Shown piece by piece: positions 8,126 to 17,243 of a stretch of 64,000 nucleotides of DNA. Each line of letters starts with the position of its first letter. Position 1 is the first letter of the stretch. Source of the DNA: Candidatus Omnitrophota bacterium (GTDB lineage: Bacteria > Omnitrophota > Gorgyraeia > Gygaellales > Profunditerraquicolaceae); contig JBAZNT010000009.1 of the NCBI GenBank assembly GCA_041649115.1, forward strand, positions 10,501 to 74,500, read 5' to 3'. Position numbers and translations under genes: made by a program. The notes under the pieces are model-generated. The model saw only the letters and a list, made by a program, of their open reading frames with translations, did not search any database and was not told the DNA's origin.

Positions 8126-8806
8126 CTAAGGGACGATAACCGTCCCGGCAGACTTCCGCTTGCTCAAAATGCCTTCTATCCCCCCGCGGCAAGAAGCGGC
8201 AACGATGTGCGTGTCTCTTCCATACTTTACCGACAACTCAGGAAGGCATTCGTCAACGCAATCGCCGTATTTCTTTTTTATCAGCTCCGGCGCACGTATT
8301 TTAGATATGAATTTTTTGCGGCCAGGACCGCTGTAGATTCCACGGACGGATTTCACCAAGATGTTATGCTCGGCTTTAAGGGCATGCGAAAGATACAAAG
8401 CAATCGAATCGGAGGTAACGCTCCATGATTGCGGGAGAGGATTACCCCTCTTTAAAAGACGGTGCGCAAGAAAAACGGGAACCCGCTTATCATTTAAAGC
8501 TTTCATGCAGTCTTTAGCGCCGGTCACGGAAACAAAAGATTTATTTAACCCCGCAATAAGCATGCCGTTTATATCCATGGCCGCGATAGCCATCCAGTGG
8601 GCCAGGCTATCCGTGGTGCGGTACTCCATAGACAAGCTCCGGACGGCATCCGCTAACGCGCCTCCTCCCGGCAGGATAACTATCTTGTGCCCTTTCCTTG
8701 CCAGCCCGGCTATCTCACGGCAGATAGTCTTCAGTGCCTTTGGGTTAGCGATTACGCTTCCGCCGATTTTTACGATAGCGTTTACAGCCTTCATCTTATA
8801 TTTCAT
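8126..8806 (-). CDS. Amino-acid-kinase-fold small kinase (aspartate/glutamate/uridylate kinase superfamily), MfnE-like candidate
   Basis: VKIGGSVI and ILPGGGALAD nucleotide/phosphate-binding motifs. About 226 aa, shorter than UMP or aspartate kinases. First gene of the operon containing mfnB. Confidence 0.65.
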   Translation of the reverse strand: MKYKMKAVNAIVKIGGSVIANPKALKTICREIAGLARKGHKIVILPGGGALADAVRSLSMEYRTTDSLAHWMAIAAMDINGMLIAGLNKSFVSVTGAKDCMKALNDKRVPVFLAHRLLKRGNPLPQSWSVTSDSIALYLSHALKAEHNILVKSVRGIYSGPGRKKFISKIRAPELIKKKYGDCVDECLPELSVKYGRDTHIVAASCRGGIEGILSKRKSAGTVIVP

Positions 8807-8928
8807 AACCCGTATTTATAAATTGTATCAGTTTTTGGGAAGAAAACAAAGAACAATGTGGGGCGGCCCCGGCGCCACGGGAAGAAAACACCGATTAGCC
8901 AGGCGCCTTAACAGCCGCCTGTTAAGCC

Positions 8929-9543
8929 TTATCTTAAAGACAGCTGACCGCACCTGGCCGTGCCTCTTACGGTGGCAAGTTGCAGGCCGTGTCTTAAAAG
9001 GTAGTTCCTAAAATAAACGGCCGCCTCTTTATCAACAAGTTCAAGCTTCCCGCTCCTTTGTTTGTATCCGAAGGGATGAATGCCGCTTGCCCAGCGACCG
9101 GGGGAAAATCGCCTTCTTAAACCGAGCTTCACGGGTTGGGAGATTATTTCGCGTTCGTATTTGGCGAATAATCCGAACTGGCGGGACATAAGGAGGCCTG
9201 CGGGAGTGGCGGTGTCGATCAATTCGGTTATCGACTTGAAGCCGGCGGCGTTCTTGCTTAGTTCTCCGACAATATCAAGCAGGTCTTTGAGGTTACGGGA
9301 GAAGCGGCGGATCCTGTAGGATAGGACGGCTTCAAATTGCCGTATCGCGGCATCGGCCAGCAAATGCTGTGGTGCTGGCCGGCGTTTCGTCGCGGCAGGG
9401 CAGCCGTCATCGCAATATATTTCGGTAGGCGTCCGGCCTTTATTGCGTATAAACCTGATTATCTTATCTGTCTGGGCGGCGAGAGAGTTTCCTGCCTCGG
9501 CTTGTTCGTCGGTGGGGACCCGTACGTACACCGCGCATTTCAT
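8929..9543 (-). pseudogene. Decayed and truncated serine recombinase (large serine recombinase N-terminal part)
   Basis: MKCAVYVRVPTDEQ matches the YxRVSTxxQ catalytic motif, but the nucleophile Ser is Pro (codon CCC). The ORF ends about 25 aa after the PFGY recombinase-domain motif (about 204 aa, against more than 450 aa for intact enzymes). The 3' end of tRNA-Leu lies 180 nt away. Confidence 0.7.
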
Positions 9544-9723
9544 GGCGGCCTCCAGGTTTGCGCCTTCCGGGTTTTCTCGCGGATTCCGACTGACAAGAAA
9601 ATAGTGGAACCTCTTACGAAGTTCGCCTATTCTTGAATTTGCCCCGCCGAATTTCCGCCGAAAACGCAAATTTTGGCGCTCTGTCCCGGGAAAGAGACCT
9701 TTGGGGTCAACCGTTCAGATTAG

Positions 9724-9804
9724 TGCGCGGGGGGGGAGTTGAACCCCCACACCTTACGGCATAAGCCCCTCATGCTTACGTGTCTGCCATTCCACCACCC
9801 GCGC
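9724..9804 (-). tRNA. tRNA-Leu (anticodon GAG), no encoded CCA
   Basis: Hand-folded. 7-bp acceptor GCGCGGG/CCCGCGC, anticodon stem TAAGC/GCTTA with loop ATGAGGG, long variable arm, T-arm GGGGG-TTCAACT-CCCCC. Confidence 0.85.
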
Positions 9805-9883
9805 GTATGCTAATCTCTATATTATATAGTATCCGGGGCTATTTTACAGATTTTTTCTGAAAGCCGAATGCAGCCGGTCCGCC

Positions 9884-10063
9884 CTACGGCTCGCCGTACT
9901 CCTCAACCTGCGCCTCTACCCCCTGGGGATAGGTAGCATCGGAATCCAGCGTAAATCTACGCCCTGCCTGTTGCTCTGTATCTTTTACGGTTTGGCACCC
10001 GTATAAACAAAACCCAGTTAATGAGAATACCGCCAACATCACTAATGCTGCTGTCCTTAACAT
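9884..10063 (-). CDS. Small putative lipoprotein (59 aa)
   Basis: AGGAGG lies 5 nt upstream of the ATG at 10063. Signal peptide MLRTAALVMLAVFSLTGFCLYGC carries Cys candidates for a lipobox. The longer ORF-track start would overlap tRNA-Gln. Confidence 0.5.
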   Translation of the reverse strand: MLRTAALVMLAVFSLTGFCLYGCQTVKDTEQQAGRRFTLDSDATYPQGVEAQVEEYGEP

Positions 10064-10097
10064 CAGCGCCTCCTCTTTCTTTAACTTCCCTAAATAA

Positions 10098-10168
10098 CTG
10101 CCCCGCATGGACTCGAACCATGATAACAAGATCCAGAATCTTGCGTCCTACCATTAGACGACAGGGCA
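10098..10168 (-). tRNA. tRNA-Gln (anticodon CTG)
   Basis: Hand-folded. U1-A72 acceptor, anticodon stem CAAGA/TCTTG with loop TTCTGGA, T-arm CATGG-TTCGAGT-CCATG. Confidence 0.85.
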
Positions 10169-10175
10169 ATGGCTA

Positions 10176-10754
10176 TCAGTAGTTTTCTGCCAATACCTCG
10201 TAGAAAGACTGAGGATGTTTGCAGGCCGGGCATTCCCGCGGCGCCTCAGCCGATTCAATGACATAGCCGCAATTAATGCAATGCCATTTCACCGGGGCCT
10301 TCTTCTTAAACACCTCGCCTGCTGCAATATTGCTGATAAGCTTACGGTAGCGCGCCTCATGGAACTTCTCGACCTTGGAGACCTGCTCAAACGCCCGCGC
10401 AATCTCCGGGAACCCTTCGTCTTTGGCAGTCTTGGAAAAATCGCTGTAGATAGCAGTCCATTCCAGATTCTCTCCTGCAGCCGCTGCCTCCAGGTTAGCC
10501 TTGGTATCCTGGAGCTGCCCGGCAGGATAACTGGCGGTTATCTCAACGTCGCCTCCCTCAAGGAATTTAAAAAATACCTTGGCGTGTTCCTTTTCATTTT
10601 CAGCGGTTTCAATAAAGATGTCGGATATCTGCTGGAAGCCTTCTTTTTTGGCTATCGAGGCAAAGTAGGTATAGCGGTTCCTCGCTTGTGACTCGCCGGC
10701 AAAGGCGGCGAGCAAATTTTTCTCGGTCCTGGTGCCCCTAATGGTCTTGCTCAT
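10176..10754 (-). CDS. rbr: Rubrerythrin (ferritin-like di-iron domain plus C-terminal rubredoxin domain)
   Basis: [32 protein letters not shown] and EEHAKVF di-iron motifs, with C-terminal CINCG...CPACKHP. Start placed at the ATG at 10754. Confidence 0.9.
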   Translation of the reverse strand: MSKTIRGTRTEKNLLAAFAGESQARNRYTYFASIAKKEGFQQISDIFIETAENEKEHAKVFFKFLEGGDVEITASYPAGQLQDTKANLEAAAAGENLEWTAIYSDFSKTAKDEGFPEIARAFEQVSKVEKFHEARYRKLISNIAAGEVFKKKAPVKWHCINCGYVIESAEAPRECPACKHPQSFYEVLAENY

Positions 10755-10851
10755 AATACCCCTCCATAATAATGGTCTTGATCTGAACAAAAACAATTAT
10801 ATACGCTTTTTTGAGGCTGTAAAGAGGGAATTGCGGGCAGAAGACGTTATT

Positions 10852-11166
10852 CTAGGAGAGAGAAATTTTATGTTCCCCGAAATCGAGGCCACCCTGCCAT
10901 AGGCCGGATGAAATCCTGTTACACCAGGCCACCCGGGCCTCTCTGGCTACCGGCCGACCAAATAAAAAGGAGGGATGGATAACAATGTTCAATTTATCGT
11001 TGGGCCTAAGCGGCTGGGAGGTGACTATGCCTGCACCGCGGCAGGATAAGTCCCTCAAGATAGACGGTTCTTCTATGCCGTTTTCTCCGACCAGCGTTGC
11101 TGAGCCGTCCAAGCGGTATCTCTCGCAAACCCTTCTTGTCATCGTTGCTAAATCAAGGCTTCCCAT
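10852..11166 (-). CDS. Stand-alone PilZ-domain protein (c-di-GMP receptor candidate)
   Basis: RxxxR motif (RRVCER) and D/NxSxxG motif (DLSCRG) at canonical spacing. About 100 aa. Confidence 0.7.
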   Translation of the reverse strand: MGSLDLATMTRRVCERYRLDGSATLVGENGIEEPSILRDLSCRGAGIVTSQPLRPNDKLNIVIHPSFLFGRPVAREARVAWCNRISSGLWQGGLDFGEHKISLS

Positions 11167-11184
11167 AGCAAAATCCTAGCTGAA

Positions 11185-11228
11185 CAAAAATAAAAAGCAA
11201 TCCTCGCTTTCGGCAAGAATTGCTTTCC
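11185..11228 (-). terminator. Possible intrinsic terminator (minus strand) upstream of the PilZ gene
   Basis: On the minus strand, AAAGCAATTCTTGCC-GAAA-GCGAGGATTGCTTT forms an imperfect hairpin followed by TTATTTTTG. Confidence 0.4.
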
Positions 11229-11392
11229 AGTAATGTTTAAGAAGATAAAAAAACACCAGCCGCTCCTGTTCTTGTTTCCTTCTTTTCGTGGCTGGTAAGA
11301 AAATTATATCTTCCTTGCTTAAAAAGTCAAGCAAATTTTATTGTTTATTTCACCTAGCTTTTAACATATTGGAGCCAATGAAGTTATGGATT

Positions 11393-11542
11393 TTACCAAA
11401 GGTTGTCTTGCAGCCAACCGTCTACCTTCTGGGCATTTTTAAAATCCTGTTTTGCGCCCTCGCCTGCACCTTTGACCGTTTCGCAACCTGCCAGAAACAA
11501 AACACAGGCCAACATCGTTAATAAAAACGCTCTTCTTAACAT
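11393..11542 (-). CDS. Entericidin-like small lipoprotein (49 aa; not in the ORF track)
   Basis: Hand translation gives MLRRAFLLTMLACVLFLAGCETVKGAGEGAKQDFKNAQKVDGWLQDNLW. It has a lipobox LAGC, a C-x-T-x-x-G-x-G-E motif as in EcnA/B, and AGGAGG 4 nt upstream of the ATG. Confidence 0.6.
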   Translation of the reverse strand: MLRRAFLLTMLACVLFLAGCETVKGAGEGAKQDFKNAQKVDGWLQDNLW

Positions 11543-11556
11543 AAACCCTCCTATTT

Positions 11557-12852
11557 TTATTGCGCAAATGATTTTAACAGCCGTTCTCTTGAGCGCTCGC
11601 GGCCTAAATAATAAATAACCTCAAATAGGCCCGGGCCGATGGTTTTACCGGTAAGCGCGACCCGGACAGGATGTATCAATTCCTTAGATTTAATGCCAAG
11701 CTCTTCCACGAGGTTGCGAAAGACGCTTTCAATACCGGCGGCATCGAATGCCTCGAGTTGATCGAGCCTCTCGGCAAAAATCCGGAATTCCCGGGAAAGG
11801 TCTTTTTTAAAAAATTTCTCCCTGAGCTCCGCCGAAATCTTAATGTCTCTGAGAAAGAAAAAGTCTGCCCAGTCCGCAAAGTCATTAACGGTGGAAAGCC
11901 TCTCCCTGAATAATTCTACCAAAGAAACGAGATATCTTCTATCAAAATTATCCCTATCGATATAGCCCTTCTCAACCAAAAGCGGGATGACGGCATCGGC
12001 CAGGGACTCTGCGCCCTGTTTTTTAATATACTGGCTGTTAATCCAGTTAAGCTTCTGCAGGTCAAAGGTAGCCGCTGTTTTATTTACATCCGTAACGTCA
12101 AACATGCTGATCGCTTCCTTAATATCTATCAGTTCCCGATTGTCTCCAGGGGCCCAACTTAGAAGCAAAAGATAGTTCACCAAGGCCTCGGGGAGGTACC
12201 CCATGCGGCGGTAATCGCTGATAGCAGTGGCCCCTGTCCTTTTGGAGAGCCTGCCTCCGGTCATGCCCATAATCAAAGGCAGGTGCGCAAAATGTGGCGC
12301 CTTAAATCCCAGCGCCTCATACATAAGTATCTGCTTGGGGGTGTTGGAGATATGGTCGTCTCCCCTGATAACATGGGTGATCTCGGTCATAGCGTCGTCA
12401 ACCACGCATGCAAAATTATAGGTCGGGGTAGCGTCGGATTTTATAAGTACCTGGTCTTTAATGGTGGAGGCGTCAAAATGAATCTGGCCGCGGATAAGAT
12501 CATCTATTTTTATATCCTTAGCGGGGACCTTAAAAATAACCGCCTCTCCCTTGCCGGGGGTATTTTCAAGATAAGCCTTGCCTTCCTTTAAGAGCCTCTC
12601 TGCCTCTTGGCGGTAAATATCAAAGCGCTGACTTTGATAATAGACCTCGTCCCATTCAAAGCCTAACCATTTAAGGCTATCAAAGATCTCGTCTACGTAT
12701 TCCTGTTTTGAGCGCATCCTATCGGTATCCTCAACGCGCAGGACAAACCTTCCGCCCTTGGCCTTAGCGTAAAGCCAGTTAAATAACGCCGTCCGCGCGC
12801 CGCCGATGTGCAGATAACCGGTAGGACTGGGAGCAAATCTAACCTTTAGCAT
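11557..12852 (-). CDS. gltX: Glutamyl-tRNA synthetase (short form)
   Basis: RFAPSPTGYLHIGGARTALFNW (HIGH), VEDTD, and RLSKR (KMSKS-like). Confidence 0.9.
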   Translation of the reverse strand: MLKVRFAPSPTGYLHIGGARTALFNWLYAKAKGGRFVLRVEDTDRMRSKQEYVDEIFDSLKWLGFEWDEVYYQSQRFDIYRQEAERLLKEGKAYLENTPGKGEAVIFKVPAKDIKIDDLIRGQIHFDASTIKDQVLIKSDATPTYNFACVVDDAMTEITHVIRGDDHISNTPKQILMYEALGFKAPHFAHLPLIMGMTGGRLSKRTGATAISDYRRMGYLPEALVNYLLLLSWAPGDNRELIDIKEAISMFDVTDVNKTAATFDLQKLNWINSQYIKKQGAESLADAVIPLLVEKGYIDRDNFDRRYLVSLVELFRERLSTVNDFADWADFFFLRDIKISAELREKFFKKDLSREFRIFAERLDQLEAFDAAGIESVFRNLVEELGIKSKELIHPVRVALTGKTIGPGLFEVIYYLGRERSRERLLKSFAQ

Positions 12853-13387
12853 TTTTCACCAACTCCATGCCTTGATATAAAGCTTCTTTATTAACTTCAA
12901 TTAATCCTCGTTTTTCCTTTGGCGCGATGCGCTCAACTACTGCGGTAACCTTATTTATATCAATGAGTTTGGTCTCTGCTATATAAGAGCCCAATGCTAT
13001 CATATTGGCGACTTTTAAGTTCCCCAGCTTCAAGGCTGCATCGGTAAAGGGCAGCCTAAAAACACGCACGCCCTTATTATCAACAATTCCTTCTGCCAAC
13101 GAACTGTTGATAAACAATATGCCTTTATTTTTAATGCGGTTCTTAAACCTTCCCAGCGAAGGCCCGTTCATAATAATCCCGGTGTCGGCCTTATCTATGA
13201 AGGGAGAGCCGATTTCTCTATCGGAGATAACCGCCATGCAATAGGCAGTTCCTCCGCGCACCTCAGCGCCATAGGAAGGCAGCCAGGTAACTTCCATGCC
13301 GGCGTCCATGGCAGCCTCAACCAGAATCTTACCGAGTAGCATTATACCCTGTCCGCCTGCTCCGGAGATAATAACCTTCTCTTGCAT
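12839..13387 (-). CDS. 2-oxoacid:ferredoxin oxidoreductase, gamma subunit
   Basis: ISGAGGQGIMLLGKIL N-terminal motif. Operon order is delta-alpha-beta-gamma. Confidence 0.85.
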   Translation of the reverse strand: MQEKVIISGAGGQGIMLLGKILVEAAMDAGMEVTWLPSYGAEVRGGTAYCMAVISDREIGSPFIDKADTGIIMNGPSLGRFKNRIKNKGILFINSSLAEGIVDNKGVRVFRLPFTDAALKLGNLKVANMIALGSYIAETKLIDINKVTAVVERIAPKEKRGLIEVNKEALYQGMELVKNAKG

Positions 13388-14115
13388 TATTTAATCCTCC
13401 CCGGAGGGAAAGTCTTAACCATAACGTCCCTGATCCAGTCCATAGCCTTCTGAGGGGACATCCCCCAGTAGGTCGGGCAGGGGGAAAGCATCTCAACCAG
13501 CGAAAAACCCGCCCCTTCAATCTGATTCTGGAATGCCTGCTTTACTGCACGCCTGGCCTTATTCACTTCCTGCGGAGAATACAAAGCCACGCGCTCGATA
13601 TACTTCACTGCCGGAAGCCCGGCAAGCAATTCCGAAATCTTCAGGGGATACCCCTGCAGTGCCACATCGCGCCCCAAAGGGGTAGTCGCGGTCTTTTGCG
13701 CCAAGAGGGTGGTGGGCGCCATCTGTCCGCCGGTCATCCCGTAAATAGCATTGTTGATGAATATCACGGTGAGATTTTCTCCGCGGTTTGCGGCATGGAT
13801 GGTCTCGGCAGTCCCGATAGCTGCCAGGTCACCGTCTCCTTGATAGGTAAAAACGACGTTTTGGGGCCTCAGGCGCTTAATAGCGGTAGCTACCGCAAGG
13901 GCCCGGCCGTGTGCCGCTTCCGAACAGTCAAAATCCCAATAATCGTAAGCCACCACCGCGCATCCCACCGGAGCGACCGCAATAACGCTCTCCCTGACCC
14001 CCAACTCATCCACCACCTCGGCCACCAAACGATGAGCAATCCCATGACCGCAACCAGGGCAATAATGCGTGTGCGTCTTGCGTAAAGACAAGGGGTGACG
14101 ATAGGGCTTAGTCAT
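13387..14115 (-). CDS. 2-oxoacid:ferredoxin oxidoreductase, beta (TPP-binding) subunit
   Basis: CPGCGHG and GDGD...NN TPP-binding motif (YQGDGDLAAIG...FINNAIYGMTGGQ). Confidence 0.9.
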   Translation of the reverse strand: MTKPYRHPLSLRKTHTHYCPGCGHGIAHRLVAEVVDELGVRESVIAVAPVGCAVVAYDYWDFDCSEAAHGRALAVATAIKRLRPQNVVFTYQGDGDLAAIGTAETIHAANRGENLTVIFINNAIYGMTGGQMAPTTLLAQKTATTPLGRDVALQGYPLKISELLAGLPAVKYIERVALYSPQEVNKARRAVKQAFQNQIEGAGFSLVEMLSPCPTYWGMSPQKAMDWIRDVMVKTFPPGRIK

Positions 14116-15184
14116 GGCTTTTCAACATACTATTTATTTTAAGGATAATCTCTTCCGCGCTGGGTATGCCTCCTCCGGAGCGCCCCAGAAAGTCTACCCG
14201 CAACCTCTCCCCGGTGGCCAGTCTTACGTCTTCCAGCATCTGGCCATATGACATCTCAATAACCAGTATCCTGGCTTTTTTCTTTGCCTTCTTAAGGCGC
14301 TCAAAAATCTTAACCGGAAAAGGCCAGAGACTAATGGGGCGGATCAGCCCGAGCTTTTTATCCTTCAGGCGCGGGTCATTTAACGCTGCCCTGGCAATTC
14401 TGGCCATGGTGCCGTAGGCAACCAGAATAACCCTGGCGTCCTTAAGGCCGCATGCCTCGTAACGCTGTTCTTCTTGATATATCCTGCTGTACTTCTGCTG
14501 TAGGGCAATGTTGAATTTTTCAAGGTCTCCCTCCCTCAGGTAAAAAGACTTAACTACATTGGGGGAGCGCCCCTTGCAGCCGGTAAGGGCCCAGGGCTTA
14601 GGATAAGCCTTAATCTTTTTTTTGAGTTCCGGATTAATACGCACGGGCTCCATCATCTGCCCCAGCATCCCGTCACCCAGGATTATAGCGGGAGTGCGGT
14701 ATTTATCCGACAGCTCAAACGCCTCAAACATCAATTCGTAAGCCTCCTGCACGCTGGCAGGCGCCAGCACAATGCAATGATAATCTCCGTGGCCTCCGCC
14801 GCGGGTAGCCTGAAAATAATCCGATTGCGCCGGCGCGATATTGCCCAAACCCGGCCCGCCGCGCATCACGTTTACGATTACTGCCGGCAGCTCTGCCCCC
14901 GCAAGATAAGAAATGCCTTCCTGCTTCAGACTGACGCCGGGGCTGGAAGAAGAGGTCATCGCCCTTACGCCGCAGGCCGCAGCCCCGAAAACCATGTTTA
15001 TCGCCGCCAATTCCGACTCTGCCTGGACAAAATACCTCCCTGCCCTGGGCATCTTTTCTGCCATGTAGGCGGTGAGTTCGTTCTGGGGGGTAATGGGGTA
15101 GCCCGCGTAAAAAAGGCATCCTGCCTGAATTGCCCCTTCCCCAATAGCCTCATTGCCGCTAATCAATATCTTATCCTGCGACAT
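14108..15184 (-). CDS. 2-oxoacid:ferredoxin oxidoreductase, alpha subunit
   Basis: ISGNEAIGEGAIQAGC..YAGYPITPQNE typical of the N-terminus of POR/KOR alpha subunits. Confidence 0.9.
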   Translation of the reverse strand: MSQDKILISGNEAIGEGAIQAGCLFYAGYPITPQNELTAYMAEKMPRAGRYFVQAESELAAINMVFGAAACGVRAMTSSSSPGVSLKQEGISYLAGAELPAVIVNVMRGGPGLGNIAPAQSDYFQATRGGGHGDYHCIVLAPASVQEAYELMFEAFELSDKYRTPAIILGDGMLGQMMEPVRINPELKKKIKAYPKPWALTGCKGRSPNVVKSFYLREGDLEKFNIALQQKYSRIYQEEQRYEACGLKDARVILVAYGTMARIARAALNDPRLKDKKLGLIRPISLWPFPVKIFERLKKAKKKARILVIEMSYGQMLEDVRLATGERLRVDFLGRSGGGIPSAEEIILKINSMLKSHD

Positions 15185-15388
15185 TTATTGCTCCACCTCA
15201 ATACAGCAGTCCGGGCAGATCACGGCGCACATCGCGCAACCGATACACTCCCCTCTATCATGAAACCTAACGGGCTTAATCCCGCGGCAGTTAAGTTTAT
15301 TGTCGGGGTGGATCAAGCCCTTGGGGCATACCCCGACGCACAAAAGACACCCTTTACATTTCTCGCTGTTGATGACAATCTTAGCCAT
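15185..15388 (-). CDS. 2-oxoacid:ferredoxin oxidoreductase, delta subunit (2x[4Fe-4S] ferredoxin)
   Basis: Two CxxCxxCxxxCP motifs (CKGCLLCVGVCP, CIGCAMCAVICP). Confidence 0.85.
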   Translation of the reverse strand: MAKIVINSEKCKGCLLCVGVCPKGLIHPDNKLNCRGIKPVRFHDRGECIGCAMCAVICPDCCIEVEQ

Positions 15389-17243
15389 TTCTTATTGTTT
15401 CTTCGATACGCCTGGCAATCGCTTCCGGGTCAAGGTTGTAGCGGGCCAATAAAAATTCCCGGCTGCCGTGACAGATAAACTCATCCGGCAGGCCCAGTCT
15501 AACCAGCGGTTTGTTAATAAGCTCCTGGACGGCGCTTCCGAAACCCCCGCTTAAAACCCCCTCTTCAAGCGTAAAGATAAACCTTATCCTGGCGCTGGCT
15601 TCCTTAAGTAAAACGGCGTCCAGGGGCTTGACAAAACGGCTATTAATCAATGTACCACTTAATCCTCTTCTTGCCAAGAGCTCCGCTGCCCCCAGCGCGG
15701 TAACCACCGTGCTGCCCAGGGCAATAATCAGGAAGTCGCTTCCTTCCCTTAAGACCTCGGCCTTGCCTATCCCTATGGAAGAAGCCGGCATGTTTATGGC
15801 AGGGGCGCTCCCTTTAGGATACCTGATAGCTACCGGTTGTTGCAGGCCAACGGCGGTTTCTAACATTGCCCCTAACTCCGCGGCATCCTTCGGGGCCATA
15901 ATAACCAAATTCGGGACGGACCTAAGGTAGGCTATGTCAAAGATCCCCTGGTGTGTTACTCCGTCTTCTCCGACGATCCCTGCGCGGTCAAGCATAAAAA
16001 CTACCCCCAGCCTCTGCAAGGCAATCTCCTCAAGAAGCTGGTCATAGGCGCGCTGTAAAAAGGTAGAGTATATGGCCACTACCGGCTTAAGGCCCTGCCT
16101 GCTTAAACCAGCGGCAAAACAAACGGCATGGGCCTCGGCAATCCCCACATCAAAGAATCTTTCAGGATAACGGTCGCGAAATTTAGACAAACCCGTGCCT
16201 TCTGGCATGGCGGCAGTAACGGCGATAATATCTTTATAGCGTCCGGCAAGCTCCAAGAGTTTATTGCTGGCCGCTTCGGTGTAAGTAACCCCGGGTTTTT
16301 CTTTCGCCTTCGGGATACCGCTGGAGATATCGAAAGCTCCGACCCCATGAAAACCCACCGGGTCATTTTCCGCCGGAGGATAACCCTTGCCCTTCTTTGT
16401 CACCACATGCAGCAGGATAGGCCCTTTGATAGTCAGGATGTTCTTCAAGGTAGAAATGAGAAGGGGGATATTGTGCCCATCAAGCGGCCCGAAATACCTG
16501 AAACCCAATTCCTCAAAAAGCATCCCCGGAATAAATAACCCCTTAAGGCCTTCTTCAAATTTATTGGCTAATTTTAAGATGCGGCCCCCTCTTCTGGGCA
16601 TACGGGTCTTGATAAAATTTTCCAGCGAACTCCGGAAACGATTATATATCGGCATGGATATCAGGCGGTTAAGGTAAGTACTGATAGCCCCCACATTAGG
16701 GGCGATACTTAATTCATTGGTATTTAAAACCACCAGCATATCCTTCTTGATGTGGCCGGCGTTATTAAGGCCCTCAAAACATAGCCCGCCGCTTAAAGAA
16801 CCGTCTCCGATGACTGCCGCTACTCTGAAATATTCGCTGGCCGGCAGGTGTTCCCTGGCGCAGGCCAGGCCTAAGGCAAGGGAAACCGCAGTAGAGCTGT
16901 GGCCGGTAGTAAAGGTGTCGTATTCGGATTCCTCCCTGCAGGGGAATCCGCTTATCCCTCCGTACTGACGCAGGGAAGTAAAGTCTTTATTTCTTCCGGT
17001 GAGAAGTTTATGGGCATAGGACTGGTGGCCGACATCCCAGATAATCTTATCCCGAGGGGCATCCAGGCAATAATGCAGGGCGACAGTAAGCTCTACCGCC
17101 CCCAGGCTCGAGGCCAGATGCCCGCCGCTTTGGCTGACTACCTCTATTATCGTCTTTCTGAGTTCTGCTGCCAGGATATTAAGCTGCTCGTGGTTAAGCT
17201 TTTTTAAATCCTGAGGGGAATTAATGCTTTCCAGCAACATCAT
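15381..17243 (-). CDS. dxs: 1-deoxy-D-xylulose-5-phosphate synthase
   Basis: GGHLASSLGAVELTVALH, GHSSTAVSLALG, GDGSLSGG and full-length collinearity with Dxs (620 aa). Confidence 0.95.
   Translation of the reverse strand: MMLLESINSPQDLKKLNHEQLNILAAELRKTIIEVVSQSGGHLASSLGAVELTVALHYCLDAPRDKIIWDVGHQSYAHKLLTGRNKDFTSLRQYGGISGFPCREESEYDTFTTGHSSTAVSLALGLACAREHLPASEYFRVAAVIGDGSLSGGLCFEGLNNAGHIKKDMLVVLNTNELSIAPNVGAISTYLNRLISMPIYNRFRSSLENFIKTRMPRRGGRILKLANKFEEGLKGLFIPGMLFEELGFRYFGPLDGHNIPLLISTLKNILTIKGPILLHVVTKKGKGYPPAENDPVGFHGVGAFDISSGIPKAKEKPGVTYTEAASNKLLELAGRYKDIIAVTAAMPEGTGLSKFRDRYPERFFDVGIAEAHAVCFAAGLSRQGLKPVVAIYSTFLQRAYDQLLEEIALQRLGVVFMLDRAGIVGEDGVTHQGIFDIAYLRSVPNLVIMAPKDAAELGAMLETAVGLQQPVAIRYPKGSAPAINMPASSIGIGKAEVLREGSDFLIIALGSTVVTALGAAELLARRGLSGTLINSRFVKPLDAVLLKEASARIRFIFTLEEGVLSGGFGSAVQELINKPLVRLGLPDEFICHGSREFLLARYNLDPEAIARRIEETIRNG

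Noticed and set aside
9884-10129. Full 81-aa version of the ORF between the two tRNAs
   Set aside because: Its first 22 codons overlap tRNA-Gln. An internal ATG at 10063 with an AGGAGG SD yields a clean lipoprotein-type signal peptide, so only the shorter form is reported.
11288-11521. 77-aa plus-strand ORF in the gltX-PilZ spacer
   Set aside because: The minus strand encodes a 49-aa entericidin-like lipoprotein here, with a strong AGGAGG SD and a lipobox. The plus-strand ORF starts with GTG and has no SD or recognisable features.
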